A stretch of 64,000 nt of DNA from Cenarchaeum sp. (GCA_965206845.1 OZ242221.1:1088001-1152000); one strand, 5' to 3'; positions 49,276-59,537 are shown, counted from the first letter of the stretch. Numbers and translations: made by a program. Notes: generated by a model from the sequence alone, not told the origin.

Positions 49276-49818
49276 TCAGTATGCAAAGTACCTCCTCAGG
49301 TCATCTCTCTGCAGCACCTGCGACAGCCAGTCCACGGCGTCGCCCGTGGTCCTGTGCCCCAGCGCATGCATCGCCAGATCCCGCACGGCAGTCGGCGTCC
49401 TGCCGGTTACGTCTATCTGGGTCACCTTTGCGATGCCAAAGCTCCTTGTGGCGTCGTACGCCACTATGCCCAGGATCTCACTCTGCAGGTTCTGGGACGC
49501 CTTGCGGGCCGGATATCCCCTGTCCCGGTATGCCCTCTCCAGGTCATAGGGGCTCCGCCTCAACACCAGCGCCCTCTCCACCTGGGACTCGGCAACGACG
49601 TAGGGCGCCAGGTGTCCCACGACTATGGTGTCATCATCCAGGTATGGGGGAAGCAACTCCCGCAGCATGTCGGTGTCGACGCTCCGGTCGTCCTCGGCCG
49701 CGCCCAAGCGCTGCGCCAGCGCGGATATGTCAAGCGTCCTGCGGTGCAGCGACTCTGCCAGCAGGGCCGACAGGGTGTGCTTTCCCACCCCGGGGTTTCC
49801 GGTTACTATGATCGGCAC
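49276..49818 (-). CDS. Putative adenylate kinase (AK6/Fap7 type)
   Basis: VTGNPGVGK, VVGHL, RGY..K..QN..SEI. Confidence 0.82.
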   Translation of the reverse strand: MPIIVTGNPGVGKHTLSALLAESLHRRTLDISALAQRLGAAEDDRSVDTDMLRELLPPYLDDDTIVVGHLAPYVVAESQVERALVLRRSPYDLERAYRDRGYPARKASQNLQSEILGIVAYDATRSFGIAKVTQIDVTGRTPTAVRDLAMHALGHRTTGDAVDWLSQVLQRDDLRRYFAY

Positions 49819-49947
49819 ACCCGTACTGGGGCGGATCCGGTTAATTTACTGTGCTGTATCTGCGCCGCCCGGGAGGCAGCCTGCGCCCCGGCGCGGGGAG
49901 ATCCGGCATCAAAGTGTTTATGTGTGGCCGTGGCATGGCGGATCCCT

Positions 49948-51141
49948 GTGCAGATCGGTCTATTGGGCAAGGCAAACGTCGGCAAGTCCACGTTCTTCTC
50001 TGCGGCGACGCAGACGCAGGTCCAGACAGGCAACTTTCCGTTTACCACCGTGCAGCCAAACGTCGGCGTGGCGTATGTGGAGTCGGAGTGCGCCTGCAGG
50101 CACCTGGGCATAACGCACGAGAACAGCCTGTGCTCCGGCGGCACCCGGCTCATTCCAGTAAAGATAATCGACATCGCGGGGCTGGTTCCGGGGGCCCACC
50201 AGGGCAGGGGACTGGGCAACCAGTTCCTTGACGATGCCCGGCAGGCCAGGGTGCTGATACATGTGGTGGACATAGCGGGGGCCACGGACCTGCAGGGACA
50301 GCCCGTCTCCCCCGGGAGCCACGATCCGCTGGAGGACGTGAAATTCGTCCAGGAGGAGTTTGACCAGTGGTTCCTGCAGATACTGATGCGGGAGTGGAAC
50401 AAGCTGCGCCGGGAGCTGGTCCAGAAGAGGGCCAGCCTGGCAGACGGCATAGCGCGGCGCTTTAGCGGCCTGGGGGTGGAGAGCCACCAGGTGCACCAGG
50501 TCCTCCAGGAGATGAACCTGCTGGTGAAGAAGCCCGACAACTGGACCGACGGCGACAGGCTGGCGCTTGTCGTCGGGCTCAGAAAGATGACAAGGCCCAT
50601 GATAGTAGCGGCAAACAAGGCAGACCTGTGCCGGGACCTTGCTGTCACAAAGGGCATCACCGGGTGCGACGTGGTGCCGTGCAGCGCAGAGGCCGAGCTG
50701 CTGTTGCGCAAGGCGTCCGGCGCGGGGCTTGTGGAGTACGCCCCCGGCGCCGGCACGTTTGCCGTCGGGCCCGGCGTGCAGGTGTCCGCCCAGCAGAGGA
50801 GGGCGCTGGAGACGGTGCGCGCCATACTTGGGAGGATCGGCACCACCGGAGTCCAGCGGGTGCTGAACGCCGCGGTCTTTGACATGCTGGGCATGATAGT
50901 GGTGTATCCGGTGGAGGACGAGACGAGGTTCACCAACAGGGACGGCGAGGTGCTCCCCGACGCAAGGCTGCTGCCTGCCGGCTCGGGTCCCCGGGATCTG
51001 GCCGCAACCATCCACGCGGATATAGAGAAGGGGTTCCTGTACGCCATAGACTGCAAGAAGAGGCAGAGGGTCGGCGTGGAGCACAGGCTCCAGAACGGGG
51101 ACGTGGTCAAGATCGTCTCGACGGGAAGCAGGGGGGCATGA
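49948..51141 (+). CDS. Obg/YchF-family translation-associated GTPase
   Basis: GKANVGKST, FPFTT, DIAGLV, GLGNQFL, NKAD, C-terminal TGS domain. Confidence 0.92.
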   Translation: MQIGLLGKANVGKSTFFSAATQTQVQTGNFPFTTVQPNVGVAYVESECACRHLGITHENSLCSGGTRLIPVKIIDIAGLVPGAHQGRGLGNQFLDDARQARVLIHVVDIAGATDLQGQPVSPGSHDPLEDVKFVQEEFDQWFLQILMREWNKLRRELVQKRASLADGIARRFSGLGVESHQVHQVLQEMNLLVKKPDNWTDGDRLALVVGLRKMTRPMIVAANKADLCRDLAVTKGITGCDVVPCSAEAELLLRKASGAGLVEYAPGAGTFAVGPGVQVSAQQRRALETVRAILGRIGTTGVQRVLNAAVFDMLGMIVVYPVEDETRFTNRDGEVLPDARLLPAGSGPRDLAATIHADIEKGFLYAIDCKKRQRVGVEHRLQNGDVVKIVSTGSRGA

Positions 51142-52121
51142 TCTGCCTAGGTGTCGAGAGCACGGCGCACACGTTCTCGTGCGCCGTCCTGGAGAGGAGC
51201 GGCGGCCGTGGGACCATACGCTCTGATGTGAGGAGGATATACCGGCCCCCGGACGGGGAGGGGATACACCCCAGGGAGGCCTCGCGCCACCATGCCGAGT
51301 GCGGCCCGGACGTCCTGCACGAGGCGCTGCAGGAGGCAGAAGTGTCCGTGGGAGACCTGGACATGGTGGCGTATGCGGCAGGGCCCGGACTGGGCCCGTG
51401 CCTGAGGGTGGGCGCCGTGGTGGCGCGCTCCATATCGTCATACTACGGCATCCCGATATACCCGGTCAACCACGCCGTCGGGCACATAGAGCTGGGAAAG
51501 CTTCTCACCAGGGCAAAAAACCCCCTGGTGCTGCTGGTGTCCGGCGGCCACACCATGCTGCTGGCGTTCATGGTGGGCAGGTGGCGGGTCTTTGGGGAGA
51601 CGCTGGACCTCACCCTGGGCCAGCTGCTGGACCAGTTCGGGAGATCCATCGGGTTTGCCTCGCCCTGCGGCAGGCAGGTGGAGGAGCTTGCCTTGGGGTC
51701 TGATGTCTACGTACCGCTGCCGTACACGGTCAAGGGAAACGACGTGTCGTTCTCCGGGCTGCTGTCAGCCACAAAGCTGGCGTCCAGGAACGGCCGGGAG
51801 GCGGCCTGCTTTTCGCTGCAGGAGACGGCCTTTGCGATGATGTGCGAGGCGGTCGAGAGGGCGCTGGCCTTTACCGGGAAGAGGGAGTTTCTTGCCGTGG
51901 GCGGGGTCGCGGCAAACAAGCGGCTCTCAAGGATGCTGAGCCAGGTCTGCCGGAGGCACAGGGTCCGGTTCTCCGTCGCTCCGCTTCAGTACTCCGGCGA
52001 CTGCGGCTCGCAGATCGCCTGGACCGGGCTGCTTGAGGCCGGCGTAAAGGGCGGCGCACCGCTGGAGGAGACCTTTGTCCGGCAGTCGTGGCGCCTGGAC
52101 ACCGTGGACATCGCCTACTAG
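51138..52121 (+). CDS. kae1: KEOPS tRNA t6A threonylcarbamoyltransferase Kae1
   Basis: LGVESTAHT, GPGLGPCL, NHAVGHIE, VSGGHT, GGVAAN. Confidence 0.95.
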   Translation: MICLGVESTAHTFSCAVLERSGGRGTIRSDVRRIYRPPDGEGIHPREASRHHAECGPDVLHEALQEAEVSVGDLDMVAYAAGPGLGPCLRVGAVVARSISSYYGIPIYPVNHAVGHIELGKLLTRAKNPLVLLVSGGHTMLLAFMVGRWRVFGETLDLTLGQLLDQFGRSIGFASPCGRQVEELALGSDVYVPLPYTVKGNDVSFSGLLSATKLASRNGREAACFSLQETAFAMMCEAVERALAFTGKREFLAVGGVAANKRLSRMLSQVCRRHRVRFSVAPLQYSGDCGSQIAWTGLLEAGVKGGAPLEETFVRQSWRLDTVDIAY

Positions 52122-52148
52122 GGCAGTGCCTGTATGCGGCCTGCGGGC

Positions 52149-52472
52149 CTACTTGTCGAGGTCGCCGATTGCCTGCTGTATGGACTCAAGCCAGCTCCCG
52201 TTGCTGAAGACGCCAAACTTGTAGGTCTTTGTGCCGTCGCCGACCCTTGCCGTAAAGCAGACCTTCTTCATCAGCCATCCCTCCTTCCAGACCTTCTCTA
52301 CGTCACCCAAGGGAACGTCGACGACCGTGTCCCCGAACTTTTTTGTAAAGTCCATTATCCTTCCCTTGGTCTTGTCAAAGGCAAGCCGCCTGTTTGTCAG
52401 GGTCAGAATTCCGGCAAGCAGGGCATCCTCGCTGCAGTCCTCCTGCCTGATCCTCTTTTCCCCTTCCTCCAT
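52149..52472 (-). CDS. Hypothetical protein, possible PH-like fold
   Basis: GILTLTNRRLAF beta pattern with a C-terminal W-containing helix. Confidence 0.65.
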   Translation of the reverse strand: MEEGEKRIRQEDCSEDALLAGILTLTNRRLAFDKTKGRIMDFTKKFGDTVVDVPLGDVEKVWKEGWLMKKVCFTARVGDGTKTYKFGVFSNGSWLESIQQAIGDLDK

Positions 52473-52514
52473 GGCAGAATCAGGACAGCGCGCGTTATAA
52501 TTTTAGTGGACGGC

Positions 52515-52827
52515 GGGTTTATCCAGAAACTCGGGCGCAGGAGTGGCTGGCCGCATCATGTTGCGCCTGGTTGCATAGATGTGATTCGTAATTAGCACGC
52601 AGGCACATTAGAGCACGATCTTTGGCATAATCATACGAAAGTTGCATGCTTTGGAGCACACATCTGTAAGATTATGGGCATCGAAGGCCCGATTCTTAAT
52701 TGCGGATCATGTCTCATGATCTCCGCCTCCACCATTCTTGGTGCGTCCGTATGAAGCTGCTCGACACAGCCCGGATTGGTCATGCAGAACGGACGCGCTG
52801 GCTGGCGCCCGAATTTCGGGGAGAACC
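52515..52827. mobile_element. IS6-derived non-autonomous element (family C) with TSD
   Basis: Degenerate left TIR GGGTTTATCCAGAAACTCGGGCGCA, right TIR GCGCCCGAATTTCGGGGAGAACC; direct repeat TGGACGGC(G) at 52507 and 52828. Confidence 0.82.
52577..52714. mobile_element. 138-bp family A MITE nested in the IS6-derived element, TSD CAT
   Basis: Imperfect 18-bp TIR AGATGTGATTCGTAATTA / TAATTGCGGATCATGTCT; CAT on both flanks. Confidence 0.85.
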
Positions 52828-52997
52828 TGGACGGCGCGCCGCTTGGGGGTCTGGGCGCGCCGGCAGGACGCGTCCGCTGCGCAGGACCGCCGGCGCTCCC
52901 CGCGGCTCCGGGCCCGCGGCCGCGTCCCGGGATGCGGGCGCCGCCGAACACCTCCGGGGGATGCCGCGTGGGTTCTGCCCCGGGGCTGTGCCGCGGG

Positions 52998-54185
52998 CTA
53001 TGAGAACTTGGCCCTCCATGTCTCGCCCTTGCCATACCTGCCCACGGCATACTCGAACTCCCTGCCTGCAAAGAGCTCTTCCCCCTCCTTTGCGATCTGC
53101 CGCGCCCTGCCGGGATCCGATTTCTGCAGGAACGCGATATATCTGGCGCATATGTCCTGGCTGCTACGGTAGTGGGCCCGGTAAACGTCTTCCAAGGATC
53201 CGTCCTCCAGCCTCTCAAGCACGTCAAGCTGCATCTGCACCAGCCTTACTGCATCGAGGTGCGGACCGTATCTTCTCCTACTGTCCGGTATCGCGTCTGG
53301 CAGGGCTGGCGCAAGCGCATCCCTCCAGTAGGCGAGATCCTGCCTGTCCGTGCATGTCTCCTCAATGGATCTGCAGTAGACGTCCTCAAAGTACTCGGAG
53401 TCGTTTCCCACGAACTGCTTGACCAGGTACGATATGTACAGGCGCCTTTGCTCGCGTCCGGACTTCTGCCGCATTGTGCAGGATGTCATCCCGCGCATGG
53501 CGTTGTCAAAGTCCTCGATGTTGTCCCCGTCGGTGTTGTCGATCACGCCCACGTTGCGGGTTATGGCCTCAGATATCTCCCTGTATATCCGTGCGGCCTC
53601 TGCCGGATCCCCGCCCTCCTCGCATGCCTTGGCGGCGCCGAAGAATCTGTAAAAGTCTGGCGCGACTCCGTACCTTCTTGCATCGCAGTCGGCATTGCCA
53701 TACAGCGCGTCTATCTCTCTCCGGTAGTCCCGCGGGGGCATGCTGCCGGCCCTGCCAAATCGGGACATGAAGCGCCCCCGCAACCCCTCGTCTGACTCCA
53801 TCTCGGTCACCAGAAACCCCTTCATCTGCGCGGCAGACAGGCCGTCAAAGGCGTCGTCGATGCAGGCCGCCAGACTGCTCTCTTCCTTGAGCAACTCCCG
53901 GAAGTTTTTTGACGCATGCAGCATTACCGCAACGATGTGCTTGCAGACCCCAGCGTCCGCGTACGGGCATGTGCAGACGCTTGTCGCGTCGCCGGGGAGG
54001 AGCGAGACCATGACGCGGTACACCATTCTTCCCTCGACATGCGCCGTCACGATGCCGCGGCTTATCGTGGCCCGCTCCACCCTGCCCTGATTGTGGTACC
54101 CCTGACCGCGCTCAAAGGACTTTTGCGTGCACAGCTTCCTTATCCGTGATGCCGCCGGCTTCTTGGGGTTCATGCCTCCGGTCAC
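52998..54185 (-). CDS. SWIM zinc-finger protein with a helical C-terminus
   Basis: SFERG..Y, CTCPY...CKHIVAV. Confidence 0.82.
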   Translation of the reverse strand: MTGGMNPKKPAASRIRKLCTQKSFERGQGYHNQGRVERATISRGIVTAHVEGRMVYRVMVSLLPGDATSVCTCPYADAGVCKHIVAVMLHASKNFRELLKEESSLAACIDDAFDGLSAAQMKGFLVTEMESDEGLRGRFMSRFGRAGSMPPRDYRREIDALYGNADCDARRYGVAPDFYRFFGAAKACEEGGDPAEAARIYREISEAITRNVGVIDNTDGDNIEDFDNAMRGMTSCTMRQKSGREQRRLYISYLVKQFVGNDSEYFEDVYCRSIEETCTDRQDLAYWRDALAPALPDAIPDSRRRYGPHLDAVRLVQMQLDVLERLEDGSLEDVYRAHYRSSQDICARYIAFLQKSDPGRARQIAKEGEELFAGREFEYAVGRYGKGETWRAKFS

Positions 54186-54511
54186 GGTTGGAGGCGGGGG
54201 GTTTTATGTATTGGGCACGGGCCGCCCCCGCCCAAAAACCCCCCAAGGGCCCGCCGGCGGTGCCTGGTTGGTAGTGCCAGCCTCCGGCAGGGGCGCGTCA
54301 CCGCGTCCATGATCGGAGTCCGGAGAGCTGCGCAGTCGGCGCTCCCGGCCCTACCGCACCCGTGCCTGATCAGTTCTACGCCCCTGCCTGCAGCGGGCGG
54401 GCCGGACAGGAACCGGCAGGGAACCCGAACCCGCGGGCCGACTGACTTGGGGGTGTGCCCCGTCGGAGCCGCAAAGGTTTACAAGCGCTGTCCCGCCTTG
54501 CCTGGTTGCTC

Positions 54512-54964
54512 ATGGAGAGACTGACAAAGACTGCATTCTGTGTCGGAATCGGGATGGCCGTTTCATTGTTCGCCCTGTTTATGGTTGCAGCCCTTCCAGA
54601 CATAATCAAGAGCGCGGCCAACCAGTGGGATGAGTTGGGCGACACGGGCAAGTCGGAGGCGGAACTGCTGGCAAGGTTCCAAGGGCATCCGGCGTACGCG
54701 GCGATGTATGAGCGGTTCCCCGATGCCGTGGAGGAGGTCACGTACAGAGGGAATGGCCGCAGCTCCATGGAGGTAGGGGCCATGAATTTTGAGAGCGGCA
54801 GCCAGCTGGTGCTGGGCATGTCTATTTACGATGACAATGTGGATATCGACGTGACTTGCACGAGTGATGCCAGGGACGGATCAACGCACATAGATGGCTT
54901 GTTCGCGGAGAGCTTTATCAGGAATACCGACTGCTTGGACGCGGCAGACGGTACCGGAACCTAG
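54512..54964 (+). CDS. Membrane-anchored hypothetical protein
   Basis: N-terminal TM, HPAYAAMYERFPDA, two C-terminal Cys. Confidence 0.65.
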   Translation: MERLTKTAFCVGIGMAVSLFALFMVAALPDIIKSAANQWDELGDTGKSEAELLARFQGHPAYAAMYERFPDAVEEVTYRGNGRSSMEVGAMNFESGSQLVLGMSIYDDNVDIDVTCTSDARDGSTHIDGLFAESFIRNTDCLDAADGTGT

Positions 54965-55147
54965 GGTGCGGCCAAGGCCGTGCCATTGCTGTATGGTCGG
55001 GCAGACGGCTGGCGCCCCCGGAGCGCGCATGATCCCCGTTCCTGACTGTATTCTCCGGCTAGAGGCGCGGCTGGTACACAAAAGGTTCCCGTAGCCGGAC
55101 GGGATCGTCGATCACTACAAATAGCACATGTGCCAATCCCTATACCG

Positions 55148-55558
55148 ATGGGTCTATTTGGCGGCAAGCCAGCGAGCTGCACCGTGTGCGGCAAGGAGCT
55201 CAAGCACAAGAGCAAGCCCAAGCGGGAGTGGAACATCAAGGGGCCGCTGTGCGGCGACTGCTACATGGACAAGGCAGAGGAGTTCTACGAGGGAAAGGTC
55301 AGGCAGCCCTGCAAGTCCTGCGGAACGGTAAGGAAGATAACCGATCTGTGGGAGCCCCGGTGGCAGTGGGACATGGACGGCTTGCTGTGCAAGGAGTGCT
55401 TTGACAAAAAGGAGGCGGGCCACAACACCAAGCGAAACTACTGCAGCCTCTGCAACGCCAAGATAGGGTTCATAAGGTACAACCCAAAGCCGAAGTGGAA
55501 GATAGATGGCCAGATGTGCCGAACCTGCTGGGACGAGCACAAGGCAAGAATGGGATAG
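55148..55558 (+). CDS. Protein with three tandem Cys4 zinc-finger units
   Basis: CxxC...W.(I/M).G.(L/M)CxxC repeated three times. Confidence 0.75.
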   Translation: MGLFGGKPASCTVCGKELKHKSKPKREWNIKGPLCGDCYMDKAEEFYEGKVRQPCKSCGTVRKITDLWEPRWQWDMDGLLCKECFDKKEAGHNTKRNYCSLCNAKIGFIRYNPKPKWKIDGQMCRTCWDEHKARMG

Positions 55559-55591
55559 GCGCTACTCTGTGTTGGGTCTGGCATGCCGCAT

Positions 55592-55768
55592 CTAGACGGC
55601 TTCGATCTCTTTGTCTATGCCCGGCCTCACCTTGGTGAAGACGCGGAACCCGCATATGCACTTTATCTCCGGGAGCCTGCCCAGCTCCGTGTTTGACACC
55701 TTGGTTCCGCAGCGCAGGCACGCATAGTCTACGCTGTTCGGCTTGGCGTCGCTCTCAAACTCAGACAT
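55592..55768 (-). CDS. rpoP: RNA polymerase subunit P (Rpo12), not in the ORF track
   Basis: YACLRCG...IKCICGFRVFTKVRP. Confidence 0.85.
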   Translation of the reverse strand: MSEFESDAKPNSVDYACLRCGTKVSNTELGRLPEIKCICGFRVFTKVRPGIDKEIEAV

Positions 55769-55774
55769 GTCTCA

Positions 55775-56083
55775 TCACGTTATCTTTACCTCGAGGTAGA
55801 CGTCGTTGGGCGGGTCTATCCTGGTCAGCTGCCTGATGGCCTTCTCGTCTACGTTGATGACTATTATCCTGCGGTGCATTCTCATCTCCCACTTCTCATA
55901 GGTCTCGGTCCCGTTGCCGCAGGGCGACTTTCTTGTGGCCACATGCAGGCGCTTTACGGGAAGCGGAATCGGCCCCTTTACGCGGACGCCGGTGTTCTTG
56001 CCGATCTGGAGGATCTTGGTGCACACGCCGTCAAGTTTGGACAGGTTGATGCTGGTAATCTTGATTCGAGCACATTGGGACAA
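55775..56083 (-). CDS. rpsJ: 30S ribosomal protein S10
   Basis: GPIPLP, TRKSPCGNGTETYEKWEMRMHRR. Confidence 0.96.
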   Translation of the reverse strand: MSQCARIKITSINLSKLDGVCTKILQIGKNTGVRVKGPIPLPVKRLHVATRKSPCGNGTETYEKWEMRMHRRIIVINVDEKAIRQLTRIDPPNDVYLEVKIT

Positions 56084-56093
56084 CTGCTCTTAC

Positions 56094-57392
56094 CTACACT
56101 TTGTGCTCTTCGGTAATCTGTTTTACAACACCGGCGGCAATGGTCGCTCCCATGTCACGCAGTGCAAACCTGCCCATCTCCGGGAACTCCTTGAATGTCT
56201 CGATCGGTGTAGGTCTGACCGGCCTGATCTTTACGATGGCAGAGTCGCCTACCTTGAGGAACTTGGGTGACTCTTCCTCTGCCGCTCCTGTGGCAGGGTT
56301 TATCCTTGAGACGAACTCCGAGATGGTGGCGGCTACCTGTGCGGTGTGGCAGTGCATTACGGGCGTGTATCCCGGGGCTATGGCCGTGGGGTGGTGAATT
56401 ACTATAATGTGCGCCAAGAACTCCTTTGCGACCCGCGGCGGTGCGTCGGGCGTTCCCAGTACGTCGCCGCGCTTGATGTCCTTCTTGTCGATTCCCCGCA
56501 GGTTGAACCCGATGTTGTCGCCCGCCTCTGCCGTGGGCAACTGGGTGTGGTGCGTCTCGATGGATTTGATCTCCCCGACGGCTCCAGAGGGCATTACGAC
56601 GATCTTGTCGGCTACCTTCATCGTGCCGGTCTCGACGCGCCCTACGGGGACGGTGCCGACGCCGGTGATCGTGTAGACGTCCTGGATTGGAATGCGCAAC
56701 GGCTTTCCTGTGGGCTTTTCGGATATCTTGAAATCATCAAACACCTCAAGCAGCGTCTTGCCCTTGTACCACGGCATGTTCTCGGACTTCTTTACCAGGT
56801 TGTCCCCCTTCCAGCCGGATACGGGTACGAACGGAACGGCGTCTGCCTTGTAGCCCACCGATTTGATTAGCTTCTCTCCCTTTTCGCAGGCGTTCTTGTA
56901 TGACTCCTCGCTGTAGTTGCCGACGTCCATCTTGTTGATTGCGACTATGAGCTGGTTTACGCCCAGCGTCTTTAGCAGGAATGCGTGCTCCCTCGCCTGT
57001 CCGCCAGGCGCGATGGCGGTGTCCGTCTCTCCCTCCTTTGCGGAGAGGACCAGGACTGCACAGTCGGCCTCGGATGCTCCGGTGATCATATTCTTGATAA
57101 AGTCCCTGTGGCCGGGCGCGTCTATCAGGGTGAAGAAGAACTTTGGTGTCTCAAACTTTTGGAACGCGAGATCGATTGTGATTCCCCTCTCCCTCTCGTC
57201 CTTGATGTTGTCCATTACCCACGCGTACTTGAAGGTGTCTCCCTTGCCGGTCTTCTCTGACTCTACGGCATGCTGGGCGATCGTTCTCTCGTCCACGACT
57301 CCCAGATCCATCAGGAAGTGTCCCATGGTGGTGGACTTTCCGTTGTCGATGTGACCCGTTATTATCAGGTTCAGGTGGGGCTTGTTTGCCAT
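56094..57392 (-). CDS. tuf: Elongation factor 1-alpha
   Basis: GHIDNGKST, ERERGITID, DAPGHRDF, NKMD, GRFALRDMG. Confidence 0.98.
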   Translation of the reverse strand: MANKPHLNLIITGHIDNGKSTTMGHFLMDLGVVDERTIAQHAVESEKTGKGDTFKYAWVMDNIKDERERGITIDLAFQKFETPKFFFTLIDAPGHRDFIKNMITGASEADCAVLVLSAKEGETDTAIAPGGQAREHAFLLKTLGVNQLIVAINKMDVGNYSEESYKNACEKGEKLIKSVGYKADAVPFVPVSGWKGDNLVKKSENMPWYKGKTLLEVFDDFKISEKPTGKPLRIPIQDVYTITGVGTVPVGRVETGTMKVADKIVVMPSGAVGEIKSIETHHTQLPTAEAGDNIGFNLRGIDKKDIKRGDVLGTPDAPPRVAKEFLAHIIVIHHPTAIAPGYTPVMHCHTAQVAATISEFVSRINPATGAAEEESPKFLKVGDSAIVKIRPVRPTPIETFKEFPEMGRFALRDMGATIAAGVVKQITEEHKV

Positions 57393-57590
57393 ATGGTTGC
57401 ATCATCAGGGGGATTTATTACCGTTACGATTCTTTGACGAAATTTGGGGAATTCTTGAATTTTTTTTTTTGGCGCGCGTGTTCCTGCGTCTCTGCCCCGC
57501 GGGTGGGGAGGGTACGCCGTTGTGGGCGCAGGGCAAGTGATATTCTGTTGACCCTGCGGGTATGGTCGGGCCGGTTCTGCGGGTGCGGCG

Positions 57591-58724
57591 CTAGTCGGGA
57601 TCCTCGTAGGATCCTCTCTTCTGGCCCGCGGAGGCATCCTCCACCGGCTTCATCTTCTCCTTTAGCATGTCCATCCGGGCGCGGTACCCCTGGGCGTACT
57701 CCAGCTCGTCTGGAACCAGCGTGGCCGGGTGCAGGAACCCCTGGCTTCTCATCGCCAGCGCCTTCTTGGTGGCGATCTCGCGTATGTGATCCCAGTCCGG
57801 GGTGGAGAACCCGTCAAAGGGCCCCGTGAGCTTGCCGCCGTGCATGCTGAAGACCAGCGACTCCACGATGGGGATGCAAAAGTTGATGGTGGCAGCGGAG
57901 TTGAGCCGGACCGGCATCAGCGGCATGTTGTGGCTTCCCCTGGTGTTGCCTGCGACATAGTGCGGGTTGTTGAATACGCTGCCTGCCTCCTCGGTGGCAG
58001 GAAAGTTCTTCTGAGTCCTGATCACGCATATGGGATCGTCCTTTCCCACGTAGGTGCCGGCTATGTTGTGCAGCCGGTCAGTCGACGCGGCGACTATGGG
58101 CTCGCCGTCCCTTGTCTCGATGGAGGAGACCACGTACCTTCCGGGGTACATCAGCGCCGCCTCCACGGTGGGCTTGTCCTCCCACAGCGTCAGGCGGGCT
58201 ATCTTTCCTTCCTCCACGTCCATTATGTTGAATATGACCCCCCGCGCCAGGGACTCGTTTACGATCAGGCCCGTGTTGCTCAGCGCGTCCACGAACAGCC
58301 TGTAGAACGGGTAGTTGAACGCGCCAGGCTCGGTCTTGTCTGCCGCAAAGACGACAAACGCCTCGTTGGCCCTCTCCTCAAACTCCATCTCCGCCACGCC
58401 GGGACCCATGCCCTTTACGTTGCCGGAGAACGAGTCCTTGAGCAGGTCCTGGCCCGCGCCGTAGAGCCCCTCCTCCTTGGCAACCCGGGTTCCCTCCTCA
58501 AAGGCGCTCCAGGCCAGCTTGTGGATCTTGCTGTCGTCGGTGCCCCGGGTGTGGGTCATGAGTATGTGGACGTCGTCGCCGCAGTACCCGATGTAGTAGT
58601 CGATCAGCATGTCCTTGGCTGACTCGATGGTGTTCCTGACCGCGTCCAGCAGGCCGTCGCTGGGCTTTGTGTGGCCGCCCACTCCGCCCACGTCTGCCTT
58701 GATGGCAGATACGGTAACTCGCAT
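57591..58724 (-). CDS. fbp: Fructose-1,6-bisphosphate aldolase/phosphatase
   Basis: IKADVG, GLYGAGQDLL, ADKTEPGAFN, YVGKDDP. Confidence 0.95.
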   Translation of the reverse strand: MRVTVSAIKADVGGVGGHTKPSDGLLDAVRNTIESAKDMLIDYYIGYCGDDVHILMTHTRGTDDSKIHKLAWSAFEEGTRVAKEEGLYGAGQDLLKDSFSGNVKGMGPGVAEMEFEERANEAFVVFAADKTEPGAFNYPFYRLFVDALSNTGLIVNESLARGVIFNIMDVEEGKIARLTLWEDKPTVEAALMYPGRYVVSSIETRDGEPIVAASTDRLHNIAGTYVGKDDPICVIRTQKNFPATEEAGSVFNNPHYVAGNTRGSHNMPLMPVRLNSAATINFCIPIVESLVFSMHGGKLTGPFDGFSTPDWDHIREIATKKALAMRSQGFLHPATLVPDELEYAQGYRARMDMLKEKMKPVEDASAGQKRGSYEDPD

Positions 58725-58875
58725 ATCTGTCGTGCTTTCTTCCTCGATTTATGTGTAAGTCTGTCGCCCGGAACCGGGCACGGCGCCGCCCTGCGTCCGG
58801 AACCCGGCGGCATGCGGGGGATCCTATGTTTGTGGGAGCGCGTCTTTTTGCAAAAGGTGTAGCTGCCTGCACCGG

Positions 58876-59280
58876 CTAGATGTATCTGAATATGGTTCGC
58901 TTCTCTGCCTTTGGAATATCGCCTACCAGGGCAAAGTTGTACAGCGGGTATGCCCTCTTGTACTGCTTCATGAAACTCCATGCCACGTCGCTTGTCTTGA
59001 ACTCCGTCCTTATCCCGTCGATCTCCGACTCGTTGCCGTACACGTCAAAGGTGACCACAAAGTAGCCCTTTGGCCTGTTGTGGGGGCGCGCCCTTAGCAG
59101 CCAGACGAAGGCAAAGATCAGCACGGTGCCCAGGATTACAGTCTCCCCGGCAAACCGGAAGAACGAGAGTACCACGTTGGGGATGAGCTGGCCAAATATG
59201 TACACCACCAGATGCGAGAACGACAGCACCGCCAGTGCCATCAACACATACGTCTTGGCGCTGCCAAGATCCCAAGGCAT
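58876..59280 (-). CDS. Hypothetical membrane protein
   Basis: Two TMs then a soluble domain; start uncertain. Confidence 0.7.
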   Translation of the reverse strand: MPWDLGSAKTYVLMALAVLSFSHLVVYIFGQLIPNVVLSFFRFAGETVILGTVLIFAFVWLLRARPHNRPKGYFVVTFDVYGNESEIDGIRTEFKTSDVAWSFMKQYKRAYPLYNFALVGDIPKAEKRTIFRYI

Positions 59281-59537
59281 TCCCATCAGTAACCCCTGTC
59301 TTTCTTTTGATTTAACTCTTGTTGCTCTCGAATGTGCGTAGGGCCAGATGCCTTTTTGCCCGATCCCGGGGTTGCCCATCTGCTGGCTTTCACGTACGGC
59401 CCGGCGCGGCAGGCTGCCTGATCCGGGGCATTGCCCGTATGTGGGCAGGAGCCGCATCGGCGTCGCGGGGTATCTTGTGGCCCGTGAGCCAGGTTAACAT
59501 AAAAGATAAATCCCGACCGGCATGACATCAGCGCACA

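Noticed and set aside
49354-51441. Long antisense or extended ORFs (49806-51110, 49960-51441, the 5' extension of the GTPase, and similar ones across the window)
   Set aside because: Shadow frames expected from high GC3 codon bias opposite well-supported genes.
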